Positions 26,752-36,198 of a stretch of 64,000 nt of DNA are shown here, in pieces. The stretch's first letter is position 1. Each line of letters starts with the position of its first letter. The notes beneath the pieces are model-generated. The model searched no databases. It was not told where the DNA came from and saw nothing but the letters and a program-made list of their open reading frames with translations. The stretch is from the NCBI GenBank assembly GCA_000146465.1, contig CP001943.1. One strand, written 5' to 3'. The position numbers and the translations under genes were made by a program.

Positions 26752-29223
26752 CTATGTCTTTTCAGATAGTTGAGGTGTGTAAATTAAATGTGGTTCCTTA
26801 AATCCTCGGAAAATTCTCCTTCCCTGACTTATGTACATAATCTTCGAGTGCTTTGTCCACACACAATGGCAACAGAACACCCCGATCCCAAGATTCGCAA
26901 TCCGAGACGCCTTGTTGAGCACAGGGCCATAAAACCTTACATGGTTGTTCATTATCCTTGTATAGAAGGTCCCGCATGTTATCCCTATTCCAACATCAAT
27001 CCCTAGACACCTGAGCATTTCTTGAATCCTTATTCCCCACAGACAAGCCTCTACTCTGTCATGAAATGCAACAATCCATATTCTTGAGAAAAACTCAATC
27101 CGAGTTCCAGAAAACACATTGCTCATCATTCTCATTATATTCATAACATTCCCAATAACATATCTGTAGCTTGTGTCTTTTGGAATAAGCTTGCAGAATG
27201 CAAAAATAGGATTTGGATTAAGGAGAAGAGTACCGTAGAATTGCCTTGTGCTGCTTTTTCTCGCAAAGTTATAGTTTTCACTTCCCTGAACTCCATTTTC
27301 GTTCCCTTTTTTCCTAAGAATGCTTCTGATAACCGTCTCATATGATATCTTACTTGGAAGGTCAATTCTGGATATTAGCTCTACACTTGCCTTTGAGTTT
27401 TTGGGTAGTTTGGATGTGTTTGAGATTGCCATTACTGCAGAGAGAGGGCATTGGTGGCCTATGAAATCTAATACAAGGCCCAGATCATTCCTGACCGTAT
27501 CCAATATGTCAAATCTTGCAATACTTCCTTTGAAGCTGCAGAATAGAGGGATAAAATGCCAGTTTCCAATGTTGTCATACACCTCGACAACATCGGGGCC
27601 TTCGAGAATCTTAATCTCCGCAAAGTTGGAAAACACAACCTCAATCCCTCTTCCGTTAAGGATAACATGCTTGGGCGTCACCATGCACAATGCATATCCT
27701 ATTCTGGCTCCTCTTGCAAAAATCATCTTCCGAAGAAGAGAGCAAAACTTCTGAAAATATTCATAGGAATTAGAGGTTTCCTGTATTCTTACCTGGATAG
27801 TTTCAAGTATTTCAAAGACACCAGCCTCAAAGTCCCCCATAGATATAACGAGGAGTCTTCCATTGATTCCTTTAGGATGGACTATAAATCGTTCGATCTC
27901 CTTTTTCTTCTCTAAGCATTTGTGTACATTCTTTTCTATTCTATTCCCTCTAAAATCTTTTATAACATTTGTACCTTTTAGATTGAGGAACTTCAATTCC
28001 ATTTCTCCGTAATTCTCAAGGCTGACAAGCGGGTTGTACGAAAGATTCAGGTGCTCCAGATTTTTCCATTTTGCAAGGTTAAAAACCATTATCTGATTCT
28101 TGGAGGCATCGAGGAACCTGACTCCTTTGCTTGCTATTCCATGTATAAGGTTTCCAGAAATATCCAAGTACTCAAGAAATGGAAAAAAGGGAACTTCCTC
28201 TATAAAATTGTTTCTGGCCTTCAGGACTCTTAACTTCCTTGCATTAAACGACAAGAGACGTAGGCTGCAGAAATTTACACTCAGGAATACAAGATTTTCA
28301 AATGTTCCGAGACGGATTTCCTTTGTCCCATCTACAATCAGCTTCTTTGTTATTTGTGATTCCAATGACTTTAGCATTGTGTGGGATAGATTTAGTACCC
28401 TGGCTTCTGCATTGTAGTGTTCCAGGGGGTTGTGGCTCAGGTTCAAGTTCTGATATGTAGATTCTTGGAAGAATCTGGTTATCTCGTTATACGAAATGTC
28501 CAGATTCGACGCCTTCATCCTAATGACTCTGGTTATTTTGTTATGCGAAAGATTGACAGTGTTGAATTGGCCACAAACATACACTACTCCGGATATGTTG
28601 TTATGGCTTAGATCTAAATGTGTAAGCTTCATCATCGAAAGATCTGGGATCTTCTTGATATTGCAATTCACCATTCTAAGTTTCTTGAGTGCTGCAAATT
28701 TGGATTGGTCTTGTAACACCATCCTTGTAAAGGTCACATTTGCTACAGAGCTCCTTGGCTCAACCACCACCAATCTTCGTAAACTGCATATCCTTATCAA
28801 ATCCCCGTCCTTGTAAAGACATCGAAGAATGGGTCTGTCAAGGCCCTTCAGAACTTCCATTCGGTCTTCGTAGAGTACCCCTAAGACTCCTTTCCCTCCA
28901 ATCTTTCCCAACAAGTCTTTTGTTCTAGAGAAAATGGATCCGGTATATTCATATTCCTTGTCTTTAAAACCATAAACAGGGATGGTTATGGTGAAGTCAT
29001 CCAAGTAAACAAGCTCCGAAGAAAAGACATGTCTAATCTTTGTGGAAGTTATCCTTTTTTGGCTCTCAACTCTTCGAACCTCCAGCTCAATCTCCATAAA
29101 GGGTCTCGCAAAAATCAATTGATAATAGAGATCTTCATTAATATTTAGGTCATCTAAGGAAAGTCTATTTTGGTGTATTTGCCTCCTTTTAAAAACATCC
29201 ATTTCTAGATTCTCTGGGCCCAA
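26752..29223 (-). CDS. Leucine-rich-repeat protein with C-terminal class III adenylyl/guanylyl cyclase-like catalytic domain (fungal Cyr1-like architecture)
   Basis: About 10 tandem LRRs (LTHLDLSHNNISG, NTVNLSHNKITRV, LDISYNEITRF, LNLSHNPLEHY, LNLSHTML...). A C-terminal segment ...GIDVGIGITCGTFYTRIMNNHVRFYGPVLNKASRIANLG resembles cyclase motifs (RIGIHTGPVVAGVIG...YCLFGDTVNTASRMES). Confidence 0.5.
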   Translation of the reverse strand: MGPENLEMDVFKRRQIHQNRLSLDDLNINEDLYYQLIFARPFMEIELEVRRVESQKRITSTKIRHVFSSELVYLDDFTITIPVYGFKDKEYEYTGSIFSRTKDLLGKIGGKGVLGVLYEDRMEVLKGLDRPILRCLYKDGDLIRICSLRRLVVVEPRSSVANVTFTRMVLQDQSKFAALKKLRMVNCNIKKIPDLSMMKLTHLDLSHNNISGVVYVCGQFNTVNLSHNKITRVIRMKASNLDISYNEITRFFQESTYQNLNLSHNPLEHYNAEARVLNLSHTMLKSLESQITKKLIVDGTKEIRLGTFENLVFLSVNFCSLRLLSFNARKLRVLKARNNFIEEVPFFPFLEYLDISGNLIHGIASKGVRFLDASKNQIMVFNLAKWKNLEHLNLSYNPLVSLENYGEMELKFLNLKGTNVIKDFRGNRIEKNVHKCLEKKKEIERFIVHPKGINGRLLVISMGDFEAGVFEILETIQVRIQETSNSYEYFQKFCSLLRKMIFARGARIGYALCMVTPKHVILNGRGIEVVFSNFAEIKILEGPDVVEVYDNIGNWHFIPLFCSFKGSIARFDILDTVRNDLGLVLDFIGHQCPLSAVMAISNTSKLPKNSKASVELISRIDLPSKISYETVIRSILRKKGNENGVQGSENYNFARKSSTRQFYGTLLLNPNPIFAFCKLIPKDTSYRYVIGNVMNIMRMMSNVFSGTRIEFFSRIWIVAFHDRVEACLWGIRIQEMLRCLGIDVGIGITCGTFYTRIMNNHVRFYGPVLNKASRIANLGIGVFCCHCVWTKHSKIMYISQGRRIFRGFKEPHLIYTPQLSEKT

Positions 29224-29256
29224 AATCTATCTACCCACAGCTGTTTCAAGGAGTGC

Positions 29257-29892
29257 TTGGATGCCGTCTTTAAGGGGTCAGGCGCTTGCCAATCCCTACA
29301 AATCACTTTTGTTTTGAGCCCCTGCATGGACAAGTTCCACTCGCTGGCCATAAAAGCATTACTTACATTTATTCTCACAACCGGAGTATTTGTGAATGAG
29401 GGCTCATTCAAGATGCCCTTATGGATTGGTCTGTTACCGGCTGTTTTGTTTAATCCAGCTGTGGCTGTATACTTTTACGTAAAAAGGATGGAATATAAAA
29501 AGAGGTTTTTGAGAAAAACATATAATCCCGGGAACAGAGCACTCTTGGGGTTTGCCTTCGGTGAGGTTTTGTCTATAATGCCATTTTATTGCATATCGGA
29601 GTACTGGAAAACCATGCTGTTGAACATCACTTTGGTGGCCATACTCAGCATTCTTCCAATGGTTGATTCCTCTGGAAGAAGAACAATACAGCTGGAGCGA
29701 AATGAGGAGTTTTTCAAAATAGGCTTCCTTAGAGTGGAACATGTCGAGGGTGGAGATGTGTGCCTTAACAAAGGCGAAGTCGTCCAGATTCTGGATCATT
29801 CTGGAGGAAGCACCACAGTAAGAAAGTCCGACGGAAGGGTCTTTACAATAGAAGACTCCTATATCGACGATGGAATCGACATTGTCCTGTAG
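29257..29892 (+). CDS. Sho1-like membrane protein: four TM helices plus C-terminal SH3 domain
   Basis: Four hydrophobic segments (LAIKALLTFILTTGVFV, LWIGLLPAVLFNPAVAVYFYV, ALLGFAFGEVLSIMPFYCI, MLLNITLVAILSILPMV), then an SH3-like C-terminus (FLRVEHVEGGDVCLNKGEVVQILDHSGG...DGRVFTIEDSYI). The true start may be an internal ATG. Confidence 0.45.
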   Translation: MDAVFKGSGACQSLQITFVLSPCMDKFHSLAIKALLTFILTTGVFVNEGSFKMPLWIGLLPAVLFNPAVAVYFYVKRMEYKKRFLRKTYNPGNRALLGFAFGEVLSIMPFYCISEYWKTMLLNITLVAILSILPMVDSSGRRTIQLERNEEFFKIGFLRVEHVEGGDVCLNKGEVVQILDHSGGSTTVRKSDGRVFTIEDSYIDDGIDIVL

Positions 29893-29996
29893 CAATATCA
29901 ATATGATTAGTAATCAGACAAATCTTTCAAATAAAATAGTACTAGATTTTCGAAAGTTATAGGAATAGCATGCGAGCATAGTTCATCCAACCACGT

Positions 29997-30543
29997 TTAT
30001 TCAACTAGAATGCCCTCGAAGTTCTCAACAAACCACTTCTTGGCATCTTCTGCATAGACCCTCTGCTTATTTCCAACCTTTGATCTGCATCTTCTCCTTT
30101 TCGATACCCTATCTCCTGGTCTTGAAAGAACTACAAAGAAGTCCATTCCGAAGATTCCGATGTTTGGATCATACTTCAGACCAAGGTCAATGTGCTCTTC
30201 AATTCCAAATCCAAAGCATCCGTTATTGCTGAAGCAACTCTCCTTAAGTTCGTATTCCTTGACCTTCAATGCTGTGTTGAGAAGCTCGTAAGCCTTCTTC
30301 CCAGATACATTGACATGGACAGCAATCTTCTCGTTTCTCCTAATTCCGAAGTTCCTGATGGTCATTCTTGCCTTCGAGGCCACGGGCTTCTGTCCAGTCA
30401 ACTGCTCGAGAACCTTTGCTGCCCTGTCAAGCTTCGCTCCGCTTTCCCGTGCACAAATGTGGATGGAAAGTTTCTTAATGCTTATCTCTCTCATTGGGTT
30501 TATCTTAAATTAGCCCGTTTCAACTTACTTTCTTCGATGCCAT
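29997..30543 (-). CDS. RPL11: 60S ribosomal protein L11 (uL5), two exons
   Basis: Exon 2 (29997..30503) encodes [12 protein letters not shown]...[15 protein letters not shown]...[12 protein letters not shown]...[25 protein letters not shown]. Exon 1 is 30529..30543 (ATG GCA TCG AAG AAA). Splicing out a 25-nt intron gives [12 protein letters not shown]..., matching the uL5 N-terminus (..ENPMRELRIRKL). Confidence 0.75.
30504..30528 (-). other. Spliceosomal intron (25 nt) in RPL11
   Basis: Minus-strand sequence GTAAGTTGAAACGGGCTAATTTAAG: canonical GTAAGT 5' splice site, branch-like CTAAT close to the 3' AG. Confidence 0.65.
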
Positions 30544-30634
30544 GTTGGGGATCAAATTTTTTTCGCTCAAAACTATTACAATCAAAGACCTCCAGTTGTC
30601 TAGAAATCTCAACGGTATCCCCCAGGATCTCTAG

Positions 30635-30949
30635 CTATCTTTCCGAAGACTTGTCCATCTTGATAAACCATTTCTTGTCTAGAATCTCACGGATGTATAC
30701 AACATTTCCGTCTTTGGCCCCCACTCCAACTTCTCTCTTCGAGGCCACAGGCTTTAAAGAAAACATCTGACTTCCATTCTTCAAGTACCAAGACCCATCC
30801 TCAAACTTCACAAGCTTTGTGTTAGAACAGGATTCCTTGTGTCTAACCTGGAATGTTCGGACCTCTTCATCTCCATACTCATTAGGATCAAAAACAAGCC
30901 ATCCAGGCTTCTTCACCAAAAAATGCATAGATAGGGTCTTGACATGCAA
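30635..30949 (-). CDS. Hypothetical protein (104 aa)
   Basis: Clean ORF in an otherwise empty interval, beta-rich. No family call. The overlapping plus-strand ORF 30192..30770 is judged spurious. Confidence 0.3.
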   Translation of the reverse strand: MHVKTLSMHFLVKKPGWLVFDPNEYGDEEVRTFQVRHKESCSNTKLVKFEDGSWYLKNGSQMFSLKPVASKREVGVGAKDGNVVYIREILDKKWFIKMDKSSER

Positions 30950-31082
30950 ATTTAAATTCTGCCATTTGCAGGAGGCTAAAGAGGAAGGTTGTTTCTTGCT
31001 TGGTGGTACAGATGCATAGTACTTCCTGTTAGTTGCAAGATACTTCTAATTTACATACTGGTGAAATGCCCAACCCCATAAA

Positions 31083-33239
31083 ATGGAGCATCTACTGAAC
31101 GACATTCTGCAGAATCCCCAAGGGCCTTCTGTAAAGCATGTTGAAGAGCGCTTGGACGGAATTGACGGGCAACGTGAATTTGTGGAGCTTCTCAAGAGCG
31201 GAAACGGAATCGCATTTACTTACATGAAGACAAGATGTAAGGAGTGGACCGAGAACCCGAAACGCATTGAGATGATACACAGAATTCACGATGTTCTGTT
31301 CTCACTGATATTCACATCTTCCGAGCAGAACTTCGGGATCCTATGCTTCTTTTTCGAGACCTTGTATCTTTGCGGAAACGGATGGAGCAGCCTAGTTGAG
31401 GACTTATGTGCAAATCCAAATGGAAGAAGTGTAAGAGTTCTGAATCACATGTTCAACAAGTACAGGGTTTGCTCAAGAAGCAATGCCCTGTATGGCGAAA
31501 TAATAAGGAACATAGAGCTGTGCCAGGACATATTTAGGAAAGCATACTTCGAATCTCTTTCTGAAGACGAAAACATCCTTGGGATGTTCCACTCCCTGGT
31601 ATTTCAGGACATCCATCCCTTCTTTGAGAACAATGCAGATAGGTTTCTAGGATCATTTTGCAAGTTGCTACGTAAGCAAGTTCTCGAAAAGGATGTATGC
31701 GAGATCTTCAACTTGTTTGTAACAAAGTATCCCGAGTGTGTTGACATGACAAGGATTCTAGGAGTGGTGCTGACAACTATAACAGGATTCGATTATCTTA
31801 AGTATACTGTTCTGCTCAACATTGTGAAGAGAAAAAGCCATCCTGTCCTTTCTAAGTTCTCCGATGCGCTTTCAAATGCAGTGAAGATGGGCGCATTTGT
31901 GTCTGAGAACGAAATCATGGAAATGAATGAGGATGTGCTGCTGTATTCAAGAAATCTCCTAAAAGGTTACGATGTAAATAGAGGAATAATTATCGAGATG
32001 ATCGGGCATCTTCGGAAGGTTTTTGGAGAAGGATGGGGAAGCATGCTTATTGAAGGAACAGTGGCAACACCAATAGAGGAAGAGAGATTAATATTTTTGT
32101 GCATGGCTTTGGGGATCCGACTGGAAGAGGCTGTTAGGAAGTGCAGTGGGATAGTTCAGGATAGCAAGTCTATAGGATATCTGGGAGTTGTTTCCTTTCG
32201 ATATCTGCTGTCTATTGGCCACTACACTGTCATTGATCCGGGATACATTAACAGAGGAAACCCTGGATCATTTCTTGCAATGGTGTATCTAAGCAGATGT
32301 ATTGATAACAGTGGTGCTTTGGAGTCTCTTGAGTCCTATTCAACAAGATATGGAGAGGGGAACCCGGAAGCATGCAGGAAGATTGGAGGTCCTGAGAATT
32401 GCGCAAAGATCATGAGCCATCTAATGAAGTTTCTTAGAGATAACATCGAAGATGAATTTTCTTCACAATTGGTTCAGAAAGTGGTTAGAATCTGCCCTTC
32501 TTCTGTAAGTCCCGAGGTCGTGAGGTTTATCGATGAATTTGTATGGAAAAATGTCAGGAATATCAATTCACCTCAAGCTTATGGATATCTACTTGATGTG
32601 CAAGGACTTGTTTTTCTGAAGACAGGAGACAATACCTGGATTCTGAATCTTGTGCAGGTTGTGCTAAGCGAAGAGATATTCGAAATATATTCCTCTTCAC
32701 TATTTCTTCTTGCCATTGTTGTTCTGCACTCATCTGGAGACTTCTCACCTGTTGTAGAAATAATAAGACAGGAGAGCCTGTGGAAAACTAAGGAGCTTCT
32801 TCTAAGTATGGTTTGCCTTACAGTATCCCTTTTCAAGACGGGGAATTGCAGCAAGGAGCAGGTGGACTACATTGTTGAGTATCTGCTAGGAGTCAGCATT
32901 CATCATGCCTATGTTCTTCTCACCAACACAGTTGTTTCGGGAGATTATCTGAAGTGGATCAAGGGAGAAAACATAGAAGAGGAATTTGTGCTAGCTTGTG
33001 CACTGAAGAAAAGGGGCTTGATCAGCGAAGAGATGTACAAGGAGATATACACCAGGAGTCTTCAGTATTTTGAAAAGAATTTTGTGTCGAAAAGAAATGC
33101 CCGGCGGGTTCTGAGAGGGCTGGGATATGGGATGGAAAGCTTTGGGAGGAGTGAAGCTTACGGGGTAATGGAAAGAAACAAACACAGTATAGGCTATGAA
33201 AACATTCCTTTCAGTGTAGCCGTTGCCTTTGAGCTCTAA
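31083..33239 (+). CDS. Hypothetical protein (718 aa), helical-repeat (ARM/HEAT-like) appearance
   Basis: Long uninterrupted ORF rich in amphipathic helices. No diagnostic motif. Confidence 0.4.
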   Translation: MEHLLNDILQNPQGPSVKHVEERLDGIDGQREFVELLKSGNGIAFTYMKTRCKEWTENPKRIEMIHRIHDVLFSLIFTSSEQNFGILCFFFETLYLCGNGWSSLVEDLCANPNGRSVRVLNHMFNKYRVCSRSNALYGEIIRNIELCQDIFRKAYFESLSEDENILGMFHSLVFQDIHPFFENNADRFLGSFCKLLRKQVLEKDVCEIFNLFVTKYPECVDMTRILGVVLTTITGFDYLKYTVLLNIVKRKSHPVLSKFSDALSNAVKMGAFVSENEIMEMNEDVLLYSRNLLKGYDVNRGIIIEMIGHLRKVFGEGWGSMLIEGTVATPIEEERLIFLCMALGIRLEEAVRKCSGIVQDSKSIGYLGVVSFRYLLSIGHYTVIDPGYINRGNPGSFLAMVYLSRCIDNSGALESLESYSTRYGEGNPEACRKIGGPENCAKIMSHLMKFLRDNIEDEFSSQLVQKVVRICPSSVSPEVVRFIDEFVWKNVRNINSPQAYGYLLDVQGLVFLKTGDNTWILNLVQVVLSEEIFEIYSSSLFLLAIVVLHSSGDFSPVVEIIRQESLWKTKELLLSMVCLTVSLFKTGNCSKEQVDYIVEYLLGVSIHHAYVLLTNTVVSGDYLKWIKGENIEEEFVLACALKKRGLISEEMYKEIYTRSLQYFEKNFVSKRNARRVLRGLGYGMESFGRSEAYGVMERNKHSIGYENIPFSVAVAFEL

Positions 33240-33367
33240 AGTCCTGTTTTCCTTTTGGCATGTTCTTTTATTTTATGGCAATAAACCAGATTTGATTCTC
33301 TAGATATATTTTTTCCACCCACCATCTGAGATGAATTATTTTTCTGAGTAGCAAGCCCTTATTTACG

Positions 33368-34546
33368 ATGTTTCAGCCAGGGATTGAGGCATACCTGGAT
33401 GCCATAAAACAGCAGTACGATACGGTTATGGCAGAAAATAGGTCTCTGCGGAAGGAGAACATTCGTCTTGTTGAAGCAAATGGGCAATATGCAAGGAAAA
33501 TCCAGTACTACACGAGTATTTTAAACAGACAGAAGCATATGTCTCTGGAGACCGAGGGGTCGTTTATAAGACCTCCAAAGTATTTGAAGAGAGGAAGCGA
33601 TTGGAGTGTTGATGGAGATAAGCTGTGCATAGTGAGCGTTCGGGACAAGATAATGGTGGGAGGAAAGATAACGAATGCTGTTATAAGCAAGTGCGGGAAG
33701 TTTGTAGCATTTGGATGTGGATACAAAGTATTTATTGTAATGGAGAAGACTATTTGGTTTTTGGACACCTCTTCCGAGAAGATGGAGAGATACGAAGAAG
33801 GAATGTTTGAAGGAGAGACACAGGAATACAGGATATGCCCCATGGACTTCACTTGTGATTCTCTTTATCTGTATGCGGCAGATGGGAAAGGAGCAGTGAG
33901 GATATGGAGTCTGAAGAGTAAGGCTCAAGAAGGATTACTGAGGCCTTGTGATCCTGTTGCACTCAAGATAACCAACAACTTGGTGTTTACGATTGAATGG
34001 GACAAGACCATGAATGTGTATGATTCAAACAACAAGGTTCTTACTCTAAGCTCTGAAGAGGAGTTTAGTGGGCCCATGGCAGTAAGTCCAGACGGGAGCT
34101 TCGTATATGCAGTTGTGGGAAGAACCAAGATTCTTGTTTTTGACATCAAAACAGAGATGGTTCATCTAGCAAACACCAACGAGGATCGAATTCTGGCGAT
34201 AGCAACCTCTCCAGAACACGCGATAATGTCGATAGGAGGCCATGGACGAAATGCCTATCTTTACAGGATAAAGAAGGAAAAGCCCTTACCCAGGGTGCAG
34301 GATTCTATCGATCAGAGAGGCACTGTCTTCTCTCTAGGATTCATAGGAAACCATTTGCTTGTAGGACAGCCCGAAGGTGTTATGATCTGGGATCTGTCGG
34401 AGAAAAGAAGCATGAGGATACAACTCCAAGAGTCAAATGTGATTGGAATATCCACATGCAAGGACTCTTTTGCCACCGTAGACAACAATGGAGTCTTACG
34501 TGTATGGAGATATTACAATTCTGTGGAATGGGATAATAGCTCTTGA
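33368..34546 (+). CDS. Tup1-like WD40 transcriptional co-repressor
   Basis: N-terminal coiled coil IEAYLDAIKQQYDTVMAENRSLRKEN resembles the Tup1 N-domain (LNELLDAIRQEFLQVSQEANTYRLQN). Several WD repeats follow (VAVSPDGSFVYAV..., IWDL, LRVW). Confidence 0.5.
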   Translation: MFQPGIEAYLDAIKQQYDTVMAENRSLRKENIRLVEANGQYARKIQYYTSILNRQKHMSLETEGSFIRPPKYLKRGSDWSVDGDKLCIVSVRDKIMVGGKITNAVISKCGKFVAFGCGYKVFIVMEKTIWFLDTSSEKMERYEEGMFEGETQEYRICPMDFTCDSLYLYAADGKGAVRIWSLKSKAQEGLLRPCDPVALKITNNLVFTIEWDKTMNVYDSNNKVLTLSSEEEFSGPMAVSPDGSFVYAVVGRTKILVFDIKTEMVHLANTNEDRILAIATSPEHAIMSIGGHGRNAYLYRIKKEKPLPRVQDSIDQRGTVFSLGFIGNHLLVGQPEGVMIWDLSEKRSMRIQLQESNVIGISTCKDSFATVDNNGVLRVWRYYNSVEWDNSS

Positions 34547-34664
34547 CGAGCATCCAATTTAAAATGCAATCCCCTAGAGACTTTATTATTAAAATGTTTT
34601 TTGGCCTATTGGCACTTCTATGCTATCCGTAGAGAAGATAATTGGCAAAATGTCTTCTTTATTG

Positions 34665-36113
34665 TTAGAGCCTGGAGATGTATTCCTTTATATCCGAAAC
34701 CCAAGCGTCTCTTTCCTTTTCACAGGTGGTGTATAACTCCACTCCCTCTCCAGATCTTTCAAGACAGAAGCCGACTTGGCCAATGGGCAAAACATTACAG
34801 TTACTAAGAAGAAAGATCTTGTAGACTCTGCTCTTCTCATAACATATAAGAGCCTTTCCAACAAACTTAAAAAGGTATGCCTTCCATCCATCCTTGTCCA
34901 TCAAGAGATACGAAGATCTGAGCAGATGGGTACTGGAAATGTCTGAGAGAATGAAAGGCTGTAGCTGCTTATCGGTCATCTCCGAGTTTAGCGCGATTTC
35001 TATTGCTCTATCTCTTGCTCTTCTATCTTGTGGAGACATTGCGTTTGCTAGTGTTGCACATCGGATACCGGGGAAAAGTGTAGAAATATCCTTTATGGTC
35101 TTGCATATTATCCATTTTATGTCCGACTCAACTGTGATGTAGTACTTGGTTGTTTCGGCTGAACCTTCGTAACATAGTACAGTGTTAGAGATCCTGATTT
35201 GAGGATAGATTGTTAGTTTGCGGCCAGGAGCATAAAGATTTGAAGCCATTTGGGAGTTCCGAGTTTCTGACCAGCTGTGAGAAGCCCCCTTTAGATTACC
35301 TTCGGGTTTTTCGATCGTATTCTCTGGCTTGGACATGGACTTTACATACATCACATCGATAGGAGCAAAGGTTGGAGACTTCCCTGTTCTAGTATACAAA
35401 AAGCTGGGTCCTTGATACGAGGTTTTGCTCGACAAGCTAAGAGAACTTGCGTTTGATAAGGGATTACTAAATACAGATTTGGAGACAGAGAGGTCTTCTT
35501 CTTGGGCTTCCTTTTTGCCAAAAGGACTTGGCGAAGTTCGGTTTCTTCTATTTCCAAAGCTGCCGGAATTGGATGGAGCTTCTCTATTGAAAATAGAGCT
35601 GCTCGCTATTGATCTTACATAGCCCACTTTGGATCCTCGATTGATGGAATCCTCAACGCTTCCCTTATTCATACCATACGAGCTGAAGTCTATAGACGAT
35701 TTTTTGTAAAGATCCATTCCCACCATCGATCCCTTGGATATGTCTTTATGGGCCGGGCTCCTATTCATAGCTCCAGAAGAGTTTACTTTCCATGGAATCA
35801 CTCCTCCAATAAATCCATCCCTCATCTTTGTACTATTTACATCACCAGAATTGTTTTTTGGAATGCCATCTGCAGCTCCATTCTCATTTGAAAAGTCCTT
35901 GCTCTTGCCAAAGTAGTTTGCAGGAGATTCTAGCTTAACATTTCTGTTGAATACAAATCCACTTCCAACACAAGCCCTTGCCTTAAACTCCTCATTGATC
36001 CTTCTTAGCTTCTCATCCATCGATCCCATCGACAACCCTCTTGCATCCCTAAACTTTCCTTCCGGTTCTTCTGCAGCAGGAGACAGGTATGAGTTCAAAG
36101 AGTCTTTTCCCAT
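34665..36113 (-). CDS. Ser-rich low-complexity protein with C-terminal PH-like domain
   Basis: About 300 aa Ser/Gly/Asn-rich, then LLMDKDGWKAYLFKFVGKALICYEKSRVYKIFLLSNCNV...ERDAWVSDIKEYI, a typical PH-domain layout with a C-terminal helix containing Trp. Confidence 0.4.
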   Translation of the reverse strand: MGKDSLNSYLSPAAEEPEGKFRDARGLSMGSMDEKLRRINEEFKARACVGSGFVFNRNVKLESPANYFGKSKDFSNENGAADGIPKNNSGDVNSTKMRDGFIGGVIPWKVNSSGAMNRSPAHKDISKGSMVGMDLYKKSSIDFSSYGMNKGSVEDSINRGSKVGYVRSIASSSIFNREAPSNSGSFGNRRNRTSPSPFGKKEAQEEDLSVSKSVFSNPLSNASSLSLSSKTSYQGPSFLYTRTGKSPTFAPIDVMYVKSMSKPENTIEKPEGNLKGASHSWSETRNSQMASNLYAPGRKLTIYPQIRISNTVLCYEGSAETTKYYITVESDIKWIICKTIKDISTLFPGIRCATLANAMSPQDRRARDRAIEIALNSEMTDKQLQPFILSDISSTHLLRSSYLLMDKDGWKAYLFKFVGKALICYEKSRVYKIFLLSNCNVLPIGQVGFCLERSGEGVELYTTCEKERDAWVSDIKEYISRL

Positions 36114-36198
36114 GTTTAGGGCTCAAGTAAATATCAATATTCAAAAGCCTTTAATAAAACCTTGAAAATTCACGCGCGCATAAGTAAAACAAAATTCT

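Noticed and set aside
30192-30770. 192-aa plus-strand ORF spanning the RPL11 5' end and the 104-aa minus-strand gene.
   Set aside because: It overlaps two better-supported minus-strand genes. The translation is Ser/Leu/Cys-rich with no motif.
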